Of a stretch of 64,000 nucleotides of DNA, positions 47,860-57,448 are shown piece after piece (positions within the stretch are counted from its first letter, which is position 1; every line of letters starts with the position of its first letter). The DNA is taken from IMG/VR virus record IMGVR_UViG_3300021375_002229; one strand, written 5' to 3'. The stretch is from an uncultured virus (IMG/VR IMGVR_UViG_3300021375_002229). Taxonomy: Duplodnaviria; Heunggongvirae; Uroviricota; Caudoviricetes. The notes below the pieces were generated by a model that did not search any database, was not told where the DNA came from, and saw only the letters and a program-made list of their open reading frames with translations. The position numbers and the translations under genes were made by a program.

Positions 47860-48246
47860 ATGATAATAAACATTGATATAAAACCACCAAAACGAGTAGA
47901 AAAGAATTGGGGTTACGAGTTATGGATTCACAATGATGAAGAATATTGTGGTAAATCCTTAGTATTCCCAAAAAAAGGTAGTTATTTCTCGATGCACTAC
48001 CATTTAAAAAAGAAAGAAACTTGGTACATACAAGAAGGTTCTTTTCAGTTTAATTGGATTGATGTTGAAAATGGTAAACACGATTCACAGATTATAAAAG
48101 AGGGAGATTCTGTTCTAATAGAAAGAGGACAACCTCATCAACTTATCGCCTTAGAAGATAATTCAATCGTATTTGAGGTAAGTACACAACATTTTGATGA
48201 AGATTCATACAGAATATATAGAGGAACACCAAACGATTTATTATAA
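47860..48246 (+). CDS. Cupin (mannose-6-P/lyxose isomerase-like)
   Basis: VEKNWGYE, SMHYHLKKKETW, PHQL, FEVST. Confidence 0.8.
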   Translation: MIINIDIKPPKRVEKNWGYELWIHNDEEYCGKSLVFPKKGSYFSMHYHLKKKETWYIQEGSFQFNWIDVENGKHDSQIIKEGDSVLIERGQPHQLIALEDNSIVFEVSTQHFDEDSYRIYRGTPNDLL

Positions 48247-48417
48247 ATGAGCTACACTCATACACATTTACCAGAAAAACCTCTCTTAGAAAGCATTTTA
48301 AGGGATAATCCTGATAAAATAAAATACTATATAAAACATGGAGCTTTAATTGGTTCTATTGAATCAATGAATTATCTTAAACAAAAAATAGATGAGTACA
48401 CCAAAAAAACTTCTTAA
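48247..48417 (+). CDS. Hypothetical 56-aa protein
   Basis: Manually translated, abuts cupin stop. Confidence 0.5.
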   Translation: MSYTHTHLPEKPLLESILRDNPDKIKYYIKHGALIGSIESMNYLKQKIDEYTKKTS

Positions 48418-48529
48418 AGAATTTGATTCTAAGTATAATTCACCTGCTATGAGACTAAGTCTTGAAGAACAGGGGTGGAAATATGTAGGACAAAGAAACA
48501 ACAAACCCATTTACAAAATTATTTACTAA
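48392..48529 (+). CDS. Hypothetical 45-aa protein
   Basis: Manually translated MSTPKKLLKEF... Confidence 0.45.
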   Translation: MSTPKKLLKEFDSKYNSPAMRLSLEEQGWKYVGQRNNKPIYKIIY

Positions 48530-48545
48530 AATAATTCACTTTTTA

Positions 48546-48577
48546 TTAGGATTTCTCATATTTTTTTCGTATATTTA
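48546..48577 (+). promoter_or_regulatory. Bacteroidota sigma70-type promoter
   Basis: TTAG(48546)-N20-TATATTTA(48570). Confidence 0.75.
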
Positions 48578-48605
48578 CTATGTAAATAAGTTAAAACTTT
48601 AAAAT

Positions 48606-50669
48606 ATGAACAAATACAACAATTCTTCTTACTGGCTTCAAGATTGGGATGATGATGATATCCTAACCGATTCAATGAATGATGTAGAAAAGAAATCCCA
48701 TGACCTCTACAAACTTGCATCTTCCAAAAAAGCAATAGCAAACTTCGTAAACATTGTAACTAACGATAATATCAAAGTTAAGTTCAACACAAGAGGTAAC
48801 TCCTACACAGATGGTAAATCAGTTGTAATTGGAGCTAATATAGTTGAACCTAAAGATTTTGATGTGGCTGTTGGGTTGGCACTACATGAGGGTTCTCACA
48901 TTAAACTTTCCGATTTTCAATTACTAAACGATTTATACAATTTGATTCCAACTCATATCACAGAAGGTGCTATCAAAAAAGGTATTACAAATTCTCAATC
49001 AATTATCAAAGATTTATGGAACTATGTAGAGGATAGAAGAATTGACCAGTTTGTATTCAATCAAGCACCTGGTTATAGGGATTATTATAGAAAGATGTAC
49101 GATAAGTACTTCAATGATAAGTTAATTGATAAGGCACTCTTATCTGATGAATATACTGATGAGAACATCGAATCATATATGTTTAGAATAATTAACTTAC
49201 ATAACAAAAATACTAAACTTTCTAAACTGAAAGGATTAAGAAAAATTTACAAGTTAGTTGGATTAAATAAAATTAGTAGATTATCTAACTCAACCGAAAC
49301 TTTAGAGGTTGCATTGAATATGTTCAAAGCAATAATGGTTAATCTAAATCAACCTAAGATAGATAATTCGGAATATGAATCTCAAACAGAAACACCAGGC
49401 AATGGTGAAAGTGGTGATGGTTCTTCTGATGAGGGAATGAGTGATGCTGATTTCAATGATTTGTTAGAATCAATTGGTGAATCACCAATCGGTGGTGGTT
49501 CTGATGATACACCAACTGGTGGTAACTCAATGGATGTTGGTAATGTACCAGATGGTATGAGTGGTGAAGAAACTAAAGATGATTCAAAATCTAATTCTTC
49601 AGTTCAACTTACTGATAGACAAAAAGATTTACTTAAAAAGAAAATAGAGAAACAAAAGAAATTCATGGATGGTGAAATATCTAAGAAAACTGTTTCTAAG
49701 AAAAATCAAGAAACTATCGAAGCAATTCAAGAGAGTGGTTCAGAAGTTACTCATGTTGCTCAAAACTACGAAGGTGGTTGGGGACAATACAGTAAAGGTA
49801 CTGAATGTATCGTAGTTAAGAAACTTACACAATCTCTTTATGAGAATGAGGCATTTCCAATGACATCAACACAATGGAGTTCAGGTGAGGTTTATAAAAC
49901 TTACCAAAGTTCAGTTGATAAAGGTATCAGACTTGGTACTTTATTAGGTAAGAAACTTCAAGTTAGAGGTGAAGATAGAAGTACTGTTTTTAACAGACAG
50001 AAAATTGGTAAGATTGATAAGAGAATGATTTCATCTCTTGGATTTGGTAACCAAAATGTTTTCCAATTTACTGAGTTAGATTCTTACAAAAAGGCCAATC
50101 TTCATGTTTCCATTGATGCTAGTGGTTCTATGGGTGGTGATAAGTGGGACCAAAGTATGGTTAATGTAGTTGCACTTTGTAAAGCAGTTGATATGATTCA
50201 AAACTTATCGATTCAAGTAACATTCAGAACTACTTCTAATAACCTACCTTACATTGTAATGGCTTACGATAGTAGAGTAGATAAGTTTTCTAAAGTTAAA
50301 AAGATGTTTGGTGGATTAGGACCTGGTGGAACTACTCCAGAGGGATTATGTTTTGAAGCAATTATGAAACATTTCTTACCATCAAATACTGATATGGATT
50401 CTTACTTCTTAAATCTTTCAGATGGAGAACCTTACTTCCATGGACAAAACTTCTACTACTCAGGTACAGAAGCAGCAACCCACACAAGAAAAATGGTTAA
50501 GATGTTAGAAGGTATGGGAATCAAAACTCTATCTTACTTCATCAAAGGTCATTACGATGGTGGTTCAAGATTGTTTAAAACAATGTATGGTAATGGAGCT
50601 CAAGATATTGATGTAACAAACGCCAATCAGATATCTAAAACAATGAATAAATTATTTTTACAAAAATAA
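48606..50669 (+). CDS. HExxH metallopeptidase-like plus vWA domain protein (CobT-like MoxR partner)
   Basis: LALHEGSH, NYVEDRRID, acidic linker, IDASGSMG MIDAS, GGTTPE, LSDGEP. Confidence 0.85.
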   Translation: MNKYNNSSYWLQDWDDDDILTDSMNDVEKKSHDLYKLASSKKAIANFVNIVTNDNIKVKFNTRGNSYTDGKSVVIGANIVEPKDFDVAVGLALHEGSHIKLSDFQLLNDLYNLIPTHITEGAIKKGITNSQSIIKDLWNYVEDRRIDQFVFNQAPGYRDYYRKMYDKYFNDKLIDKALLSDEYTDENIESYMFRIINLHNKNTKLSKLKGLRKIYKLVGLNKISRLSNSTETLEVALNMFKAIMVNLNQPKIDNSEYESQTETPGNGESGDGSSDEGMSDADFNDLLESIGESPIGGGSDDTPTGGNSMDVGNVPDGMSGEETKDDSKSNSSVQLTDRQKDLLKKKIEKQKKFMDGEISKKTVSKKNQETIEAIQESGSEVTHVAQNYEGGWGQYSKGTECIVVKKLTQSLYENEAFPMTSTQWSSGEVYKTYQSSVDKGIRLGTLLGKKLQVRGEDRSTVFNRQKIGKIDKRMISSLGFGNQNVFQFTELDSYKKANLHVSIDASGSMGGDKWDQSMVNVVALCKAVDMIQNLSIQVTFRTTSNNLPYIVMAYDSRVDKFSKVKKMFGGLGPGGTTPEGLCFEAIMKHFLPSNTDMDSYFLNLSDGEPYFHGQNFYYSGTEAATHTRKMVKMLEGMGIKTLSYFIKGHYDGGSRLFKTMYGNGAQDIDVTNANQISKTMNKLFLQK

Positions 50670-50689
50670 TGAAAAAAAGTATAAAAAAA

Positions 50690-50721
50690 TTAGGATATAT
50701 GGATTTTTTTTCGTATATTTA
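50690..50721 (+). promoter_or_regulatory. Bacteroidota sigma70-type promoter
   Basis: TTAG(50690)-N20-TATATTTA(50714); shares TTTTTTTCGTATATTTACTATGTAAATAA with the 48546 promoter. Confidence 0.75.
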
Positions 50722-50764
50722 CTATGTAAATAATTAATAATATAACACTTAAAACTCTAAAATT

Positions 50765-51979
50765 ATGACAGATTTCAAAACAGGTTTCGTTCCAAATGAA
50801 GTTTACAAAGTTGAACAATTTGGTAACTCATGGAAACTAATCGATACTCAAGGTACTAAAGTTGGTACCCTTGGTGTAACCACAGGTACAAGGAAAGGTG
50901 CCTTTAACGAAGGTAAAGCTCTTCAAGCATATATCAATAAGAATGGAAAGAAAGTTTTCAGAAAAGTTGATATGGATGTTTATAACTCATTGGTAATTCC
51001 AATGAATACTGATAATGGTGGTGTTCAGTTCGAAGATAGTACTGACCATAAGGCTATTAAAGATTTCATTCACCAAGGTTCTGTTCAATTAAAACCAAAT
51101 GAATTGGTTATGCCAGACCTTAAATGGAAATATCTTATCAGAAGTGCGGTGAGAGCTAAAAATATAATGATGACAGGACCAGCAGGTTGTGGTAAAACCA
51201 TGGCTGCAAAGGCTCTTGTAAATTCATTAGATAGACCAGATTTCTATTTCAACCTTGGGGCAACTCAAGACCCGAGAGCAACTTTGATTGGTAACACTAT
51301 GTTTGACCAGAAGAGAGGAACTTACTTCTCTGAATCATCATTTGTTCAGGCAATCAAAACTCCAAACGCAGTTATCCTATTGGATGAGTTATCGAGAGCT
51401 CACCCTGATGCTTGGAACATCTTAATGACAGTACTTGACCAAGGTCAAAGATACTTGAGATTAGATGAGGCTGAGGGTTCACCAATTGTAAATGTGGCTG
51501 AAGGTGTTACTTTCATCGCTACGGCTAACATTGGTAATGAATATACTTCAACAAGAGTTATCGATAGAGCAATCTTAGATAGATTCGTAACAATCGAAAT
51601 GGATGTTCTAAATGATGAACAAGAATTTGGATTACTAAAATATATGTATCCAGAAGTAAATGATGATGATTTGAAAGCAATCGCTGAGATATCTCATCAC
51701 ACAAGAACTCAATCAATGAGTGATTCTGGTAAAGTAACTAACATGGTTTCAACAAGAGCATCTGTTGAGATGGCTGGATTAATCTACGATGGATTTGATT
51801 TATTCGAATCAGCTGAGATTTCAATCTTCCCATTCTTCTCCGCTGATGGTGGTGTTGATTCTGAAAGAACTTACATCAAACAATTGGTTCAGAAATACCA
51901 AAAAGATGAAAATGGTGAACCTTTATTCAATGAGGTTGACCAAGAAAAAGATTCGGAAGATGATGTTCCGATGTTTTAG
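50765..51979 (+). CDS. MoxR/CbbQ/CobS-family AAA+ ATPase
   Basis: GPAGCGKT, ILLDELSR, ATAN, DRAILDRF, STR. Confidence 0.92.
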   Translation: MTDFKTGFVPNEVYKVEQFGNSWKLIDTQGTKVGTLGVTTGTRKGAFNEGKALQAYINKNGKKVFRKVDMDVYNSLVIPMNTDNGGVQFEDSTDHKAIKDFIHQGSVQLKPNELVMPDLKWKYLIRSAVRAKNIMMTGPAGCGKTMAAKALVNSLDRPDFYFNLGATQDPRATLIGNTMFDQKRGTYFSESSFVQAIKTPNAVILLDELSRAHPDAWNILMTVLDQGQRYLRLDEAEGSPIVNVAEGVTFIATANIGNEYTSTRVIDRAILDRFVTIEMDVLNDEQEFGLLKYMYPEVNDDDLKAIAEISHHTRTQSMSDSGKVTNMVSTRASVEMAGLIYDGFDLFESAEISIFPFFSADGGVDSERTYIKQLVQKYQKDENGEPLFNEVDQEKDSEDDVPMF

Positions 51980-52002
51980 GGTTTTAATCATTTACACTAA
52001 AT

Positions 52003-52027
52003 AGGGGAGGAAACTCCCCTTTTTTTT
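52003..52027 (+). terminator. Rho-independent terminator
   Basis: AGGGGAG-GAAA-CTCCCC-T8. Confidence 0.92.
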
Positions 52028-52044
52028 AAATCCAAAAATCAAAA

Positions 52045-52269
52045 GTGAAAAAATACGAATTTACAGATGAAACGAGAGAACTTCTACCAAAGTTGATGGA
52101 ATTTTGGTGGAAACGTTATAATTATGATTTAGCTATACATCTCGGAATAACCATAGAAGATTATGAATTTATGTATTCTTTGTGGAGTAATGGACTTCCA
52201 AAATATGATGATGATGTACGAGATAGATTAAATAGAATTCGTAATATTTATTTAAAACACAAACAATAA
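52045..52269 (+). CDS. Hypothetical protein
   Basis: 74-aa GTG-start ORF. Confidence 0.6.
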   Translation: MKKYEFTDETRELLPKLMEFWWKRYNYDLAIHLGITIEDYEFMYSLWSNGLPKYDDDVRDRLNRIRNIYLKHKQ

Positions 52270-52272
52270 GTT

Positions 52273-52986
52273 ATGGATGTAGCAGTGCTAACTCAAATTA
52301 TAAAAGAAACAAAATCTAACTGGAGATTTATATTTGAATCCCCCCTATATAATGAAATAAAATATACTTCTGGTGAACTCGTACAACTTTGTATGAAACC
52401 AGGTATGCCTGATTCTGTTGTAAGAAATTATTCAGTAGCATCTTGGCCAGATGGAACAAATAAATTTGAACTTATCATTACCTATCTCAAGGGTGGTGCT
52501 ATGAGTGAGTATTTGTTTAATGAAGCAAAGGTAGGAGATGAATTTATTTACAGAGGACCAATGGGAGTATTTACTCTACCAGATAATATAATGGATAGGG
52601 ATATTTATTTTGTATCTACTGGTTCTGGTATATCACCATTTCGTTCAATGATAAATTATCTTTATGAGAACAAAGTACCATTCAAAAATATTAAATTATT
52701 CTTTGGTACTCGAACCGAAGATGATATAGTTTATAGAAAAGAGATGGAAAAGATACAAGAAGAATTACCAAACTTTGAATTTATTCCAACACTATCGAGA
52801 GAAGATAAACCAGGATTTGCTAAAGGATATGTACATGACCACTATCTTCCATTGATAGATTCATCTGAAGAGAAACCATGGGTTTATTATTGTGGTTGGG
52901 ATAGAATGATTCAAGAAGGTAGAAATCATCTTTCAGAAAGAGGATTTGAAATGATGAAAGATATCAGAGTTGAGATATTTGGATAA
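52273..52986 (+). CDS. Ferredoxin-NAD(P)+ reductase (FNR) family flavoprotein
   Basis: RNYSVAS, GGAMS, GPMG, TGSGISPFRSM, YYCG, terminal EIFG. Confidence 0.9.
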   Translation: MDVAVLTQIIKETKSNWRFIFESPLYNEIKYTSGELVQLCMKPGMPDSVVRNYSVASWPDGTNKFELIITYLKGGAMSEYLFNEAKVGDEFIYRGPMGVFTLPDNIMDRDIYFVSTGSGISPFRSMINYLYENKVPFKNIKLFFGTRTEDDIVYRKEMEKIQEELPNFEFIPTLSREDKPGFAKGYVHDHYLPLIDSSEEKPWVYYCGWDRMIQEGRNHLSERGFEMMKDIRVEIFG

Positions 52987-54257
52987 TGAAGAATGAAACT
53001 AAGAATATTTACTTTGATGTAAAGGTAAATTTGGATTCTAATTTTGATAAAAAATACTTTGATGCTAAATATTTTTGGATTAACTTAGCTAATCAATCAC
53101 ATGAATTTTATAGAAATGAAGAGCAACATAAATACATTGTAAATGAGTTAGTAAGTAACCATAAACATAAGGTTGAAAACTGGTATTTTTTAGAACAACA
53201 TGAAATAATTGATTCTTCTCATTTTGATGATATGAAATATATAAGTAATATTATTAAGATACTGAAATCTCATAATGAATTTTATAAATTTAAAATTATA
53301 GATATTGATATGGGTGATTCACCTAAACTCAATTATAAACGAAAGTTAAAATACTATGAATCATATCCAATACTTACAGGTAATATATCTTATAGCTCTA
53401 CCTTCAAAAACGTATCAGAGTTTCCTATAAATTTAGATACTATGATAAAACTAAAAGATAAATATGTACAAAATGGATTTCAAAAACAGTTTGTATCTTT
53501 CATGGGTAGACCATCCTATCAGAGAGCTCGCATTTTTAAATTCTTATCTGAAAACTTATCTGAAAATTGCTTTGTTAGCTATAATACAAGAGGAGCAAAA
53601 GAGGACTTAAAATTTGAATCTGATAAAAATAAAAGTATAATTTCTGAAGAATATGATTTTCCATTTAACTCTGATACGAGCTCATCAGTAGATTACTGGG
53701 GTAAAAAGTATGGACAGGGTAGTTGGGCATATTCAAATTATAAACTATCAAATCTTTACTTAAGTACATTTTGTAATATTTTGTGTGAAACTAAAGATGG
53801 AAATGAACCATATACACAAATCACAGAAAAAATAGATAAATGTATTATAGGATTACAGCCTTTTATTGTAGTTGGAACCCCTTCTTATTTAAAAACAATT
53901 AAAGAACTGGGTTTCAAAACATTTAGTAATTGGTGGGATGAATCTTATGATGATATTAAAGACCAAAATGATAGAAGAAAAAAAGTAATTGAGATAATAA
54001 CAAATATCAGTACAAAATATAGTGATGATGATTTAAAAAATATTTATAAAGAAATGCAACCTACGTTATACCATAATTTCAAATTAATGGAATCATATGG
54101 AAAAAAATATAAATATTTTTACATTAACTCTAAACAAGAGGGGCTTTCTGTATGTTATAATAAAGATACATTAAAAGAAAGTTTAGTTCCTTATCAAGAT
54201 CCAGAACTTCCTGATATGAATTTAGATTCAATATTTCAAAATAATTTTGATAATTAA
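52986..54257 (+). CDS. Hypothetical GT-B-like protein (paralog of 5846 and 44871)
   Basis: ILCET, ITEKI...QPFIVVG..LKTIKELGFKTFSNWWDESYD. Confidence 0.6.
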   Translation: MKNETKNIYFDVKVNLDSNFDKKYFDAKYFWINLANQSHEFYRNEEQHKYIVNELVSNHKHKVENWYFLEQHEIIDSSHFDDMKYISNIIKILKSHNEFYKFKIIDIDMGDSPKLNYKRKLKYYESYPILTGNISYSSTFKNVSEFPINLDTMIKLKDKYVQNGFQKQFVSFMGRPSYQRARIFKFLSENLSENCFVSYNTRGAKEDLKFESDKNKSIISEEYDFPFNSDTSSSVDYWGKKYGQGSWAYSNYKLSNLYLSTFCNILCETKDGNEPYTQITEKIDKCIIGLQPFIVVGTPSYLKTIKELGFKTFSNWWDESYDDIKDQNDRRKKVIEIITNISTKYSDDDLKNIYKEMQPTLYHNFKLMESYGKKYKYFYINSKQEGLSVCYNKDTLKESLVPYQDPELPDMNLDSIFQNNFDN

Positions 54258-54276
54258 AATATTTTTTGTATATTAG
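54246..54276 (+). promoter_or_regulatory. Bacteroidota sigma70-type promoter
   Basis: TTTG(54246)-N19-TATATTAG(54269). Confidence 0.6.
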
Positions 54277-54295
54277 TAATATAAAAATTTAAGAT

Positions 54296-54505
54296 ATGAG
54301 TTTAAGAGATACAGTTAAAGATTGGATACGAGATGGAAAAGAATTCAAAGTTAAAAATCCTCTTTGTTCCAAACGATTGGTAAAGAAAAATCTTTCCCAA
54401 ATATTAGAGTTGTTAGATTCAGATTCACCCCTCATAGCATCAGAGAGAATCAAGTTTCTAATTACAGATATAGAAAATGGTAAATTGGATGCTGGAAAAC
54501 TATGA
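54296..54505 (+). CDS. Hypothetical protein
   Basis: 69 aa after promoter. Confidence 0.6.
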   Translation: MSLRDTVKDWIRDGKEFKVKNPLCSKRLVKKNLSQILELLDSDSPLIASERIKFLITDIENGKLDAGKL

Positions 54506-54624
54506 CGTATAAACCAGGTTATCTTGTTGATAATATTTGGAAGTGTGGGTGTGGAGCAATGAACGCAGCATATAGAACCACTTGTGGTAAATGTGGAAAA
54601 CCTAAAATTGAAAAAGATGAATAA
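54502..54624 (+). CDS. 40-aa RanBP2-like zinc-finger peptide
   Basis: Manually translated WKCGCGAMNAAYRTTCGKCG; ATGA overlap. Confidence 0.65.
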   Translation: MTYKPGYLVDNIWKCGCGAMNAAYRTTCGKCGKPKIEKDE

Positions 54625-54772
54625 AGAATTAGTTAAAATATTAGAAACTCTCAAAGAAGATTTTGAGATGTTACAAGATGGTACTTGGGATTTGAATTAC
54701 TCAGATGGTTCAGAAATTCAAGCATCAATAGATAACGTAGATAAGGCAATAAAAATAGTTAAAGATGAGTAA
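54617..54772 (+). CDS. Hypothetical 51-aa protein
   Basis: Probable start MNKELVK inside ORF 54584. Confidence 0.55.
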   Translation: MNKELVKILETLKEDFEMLQDGTWDLNYSDGSEIQASIDNVDKAIKIVKDE

Positions 54773-54896
54773 AACAAAACAAGATTGGTTGGAAGAATTA
54801 GTAAAAAAATACTCCATTCCTACCGAAGAAAAACCAGATAAAAGGGGTATGTTAAACGAAACACAATTAAAGAATTTAAAAGATGGGAAGAACTAA
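54765..54896 (+). CDS. Hypothetical 43-aa protein
   Basis: Manually translated MSKTKQDWLEEL... Confidence 0.5.
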   Translation: MSKTKQDWLEELVKKYSIPTEEKPDKRGMLNETQLKNLKDGKN

Positions 54897-55182
54897 AGAG
54901 TTATTAGATGAACTTCATATAACTGAAGAAGATATATTGACTGAATTGACTGCTAGAAATGATGATGACTATCAATATCAGAAATGGATGGAATCCGAAG
55001 AGTTTGTAGAATATGTAAATGCAGAAATTGATTCAACAAAACCATTGTATTCAGAATCAGATATTATGGGAGCAACAAGGTACGCATCTAAATCTATTAC
55101 AATACCACCAAGTGAGGTTGGTAAAGAAGTTTATGATATGTTATTTTCAGAAAAGATAGAGGAATATCTTTCATTAAAGTAA
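54883..55182 (+). CDS. Hypothetical acidic protein
   Basis: 99-aa ORF. Confidence 0.65.
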   Translation: MGRTKELLDELHITEEDILTELTARNDDDYQYQKWMESEEFVEYVNAEIDSTKPLYSESDIMGATRYASKSITIPPSEVGKEVYDMLFSEKIEEYLSLK

Positions 55183-55685
55183 TGGAATTCTACAAAGAAT
55201 ACATAGGAAAGATAGAAAACTTTCCTATCGAGGGAATTACTTATAGAGATATTCAACCATTACTTGCAAACCATACTGTATTTATGGAAGCAATTAAAGA
55301 TATGGGAAATCTAATAGAAGTCAAACCTGATTATTGGATAGCATTAGAATCAAGAGGATTCTTATTTGCATCAGCACTTTCAATGTTATTTGGAGGTGGA
55401 GTTAGACTAATCAGAAAAAAAGGTAAATTAGGTAATTCAGAATTATGTTCAGTTGATTATGGTTTGGAATATGGTAAAGATTCATTTGAAATGGCTCATT
55501 TACCAGAATTTACTTCAGGTAATATTGTAATAGTAGATGATGTTTATGCAACCGGTGGTACTATGAAAGCAGCACAGGGATTATGTGAAAAAATTGGTTA
55601 CAATGTAACTGATAAATTATGTTTGATGGATATTGGTATTGTAAAAAACCATAATGTTAAATGTTTGATAAAATATGATGGGTAA
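55182..55685 (+). CDS. apt: Adenine phosphoribosyltransferase
   Basis: NFPIEGITYRDI, ESRGF, RKKGKL, YGLEYG, IVDDVYATGGT. Confidence 0.9.
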   Translation: MEFYKEYIGKIENFPIEGITYRDIQPLLANHTVFMEAIKDMGNLIEVKPDYWIALESRGFLFASALSMLFGGGVRLIRKKGKLGNSELCSVDYGLEYGKDSFEMAHLPEFTSGNIVIVDDVYATGGTMKAAQGLCEKIGYNVTDKLCLMDIGIVKNHNVKCLIKYDG

Positions 55686-56250
55686 AATAATATTAGTATC
55701 AGCAACACCTTTAGAACATGGTGGGTTGAAAGATATAAATGGTGTACCAATTTTCCAAACAGGTATTGGTAAAATAAACTCCGCGATGAATTTAACAGAA
55801 ATTATTCTAAACGAGAAACCAGATTTGGTTGTTAACTTTGGTTCTTGTGGTAACTTACAAAAACATAAGGTAGGTGAGGTGATAAAAGTTGGAACAGTTT
55901 ATAATAATATAGATGTAAGACCATTTGCAGAATATGGATGTACACCAGAAACACCAAACTGTGAACTAAAACTTTCAGATAGTGGAATCAAATGTTTTAC
56001 AACAGACCAGATATATGATAATACTCGTACAGATTATGCAGAGAAGTACTTAGAAATGGTTGCTGGATGTGATATTGTCGAGATGGAGTGTTATTCACTT
56101 GCATATGTTTGTAAGAAATATGGTGTATCATTTGAATCATACAAATGGGTATCTGATGATGGTAATGTAGATACATGGGAAGAGAATGCAGCAATTGGAT
56201 TCCAAAACTTTAGAGAACATTTTGGACAAACTTTCTTTTCTGAATATTGA
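55675..56250 (+). CDS. MTA/SAH nucleosidase-like (PNP_UDP_1 family)
   Basis: TGIGKINSA, NFGSCG, VEMEC, KWVSD. Confidence 0.8.
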   Translation: MMGKIILVSATPLEHGGLKDINGVPIFQTGIGKINSAMNLTEIILNEKPDLVVNFGSCGNLQKHKVGEVIKVGTVYNNIDVRPFAEYGCTPETPNCELKLSDSGIKCFTTDQIYDNTRTDYAEKYLEMVAGCDIVEMECYSLAYVCKKYGVSFESYKWVSDDGNVDTWEENAAIGFQNFREHFGQTFFSEY

Positions 56251-56861
56251 TTATGTTAAAAACTTACAATAAAAAAGGATGGGTACATTTAAAGGAAGTT
56301 GTTCCTGATGATGTTATTAGTGAATTACGAAAAAGAGCTATAAAATTAAGAGAATGGGTCAATGATAAAGTAGGAACTCCTTGTGAGTATGGTTCTAATG
56401 TACATTGGTTAGGTGTTGGTTGTGCCGGAATGTATGATAAGTATCTAATGGGATTTTACAAACACGATATAATGTATGAGATATCGAGTGAGTTATTAGA
56501 AACAAAAGATGTTTGGTTATATAATGACCAGATTGTTGTTAAACTACCAAATGATGAGTTTGATTTCAAAGCCCATTCAGATAATGAAGCAGAAGGAACA
56601 AATTCGGTAAATCTTTGTGTAATATTAGATGACTTCACAGATGAAAATGGAACATTAGAAATGTACAACAAAGATAATAATGAAATAGAAAAAGTATATC
56701 CAAAGGCTGGGGATATAGTAGCAATACATGGAGATACATTACATAAATCACAACCAAACACATCAGATAATCCAAGATGTTTATATGCTTGTGTTTATGC
56801 AGCTAATAGATTAAATCATATGAATTTTTATAGAACAAAATTTAAACCAGATTTACTATGA
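56247..56861 (+). CDS. PhyH-like 2OG-Fe(II) dioxygenase
   Basis: HSDN, LDDFTDENGTL, HKSQPNTSDNPR. Confidence 0.85.
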   Translation: MIMLKTYNKKGWVHLKEVVPDDVISELRKRAIKLREWVNDKVGTPCEYGSNVHWLGVGCAGMYDKYLMGFYKHDIMYEISSELLETKDVWLYNDQIVVKLPNDEFDFKAHSDNEAEGTNSVNLCVILDDFTDENGTLEMYNKDNNEIEKVYPKAGDIVAIHGDTLHKSQPNTSDNPRCLYACVYAANRLNHMNFYRTKFKPDLL

Positions 56862-57448
56862 TTACTCAGAGATTTAATCCAACCGATAAATGGAGTCCAT
56901 TTCATTTTAATTATGAATTTATAGGTTTTATTGAGATGTTATCAGAACTTTCATCTTTGTTACATCAAAATCTTTTAAATGGTTCTAACATGATTGAAAT
57001 TGGAAGTTACATGGGCGAATCTACTAAGTTGTTTGGATGTACCAAATTATTTAATAAAATATATTCAATAGACCCGCATACTGGTCAAGAAAAATTTAAT
57101 GAAATTGCAAATATAACTTGGGGTGAGGTGATTGAAGAATATGAACTTAATACTAAACTCTTTAATAATATAGAACATATAAAAGATTTCAGTTACAATG
57201 TTGTTGATAAATTTGAAGATAATAGTATAGATTTTATTTATGTAGATGGTGCACACGATTATGAATCAGTAAAGAGAGATTTAAAATTATATTTACCTAA
57301 GTTAAAAAATGGTGGTATTATTGGTGGTCATGATTATAATCCAAAACATTGGCCTGATGTATGCAAAGCAGTAACTGAAATTGTGGGTAATCCATATAAA
57401 GTATTTAGAGATACAAGTTGGATTTACGTTAAAAAAAACTTAATATAA
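56858..57448 (+). CDS. Class I SAM-dependent methyltransferase (Methyltransf_24-like)
   Basis: IEIGSYMGES, YVDGAHDYE, GGIIGGHDY. Confidence 0.88.
   Translation: MITQRFNPTDKWSPFHFNYEFIGFIEMLSELSSLLHQNLLNGSNMIEIGSYMGESTKLFGCTKLFNKIYSIDPHTGQEKFNEIANITWGEVIEEYELNTKLFNNIEHIKDFSYNVVDKFEDNSIDFIYVDGAHDYESVKRDLKLYLPKLKNGGIIGGHDYNPKHWPDVCKAVTEIVGNPYKVFRDTSWIYVKKNLI

Noticed and set aside
48606..51979. Cobalamin biosynthesis (cobS/cobT)
   Set aside because: No cobN or other cob genes; better explained as a generic MoxR/vWA pair
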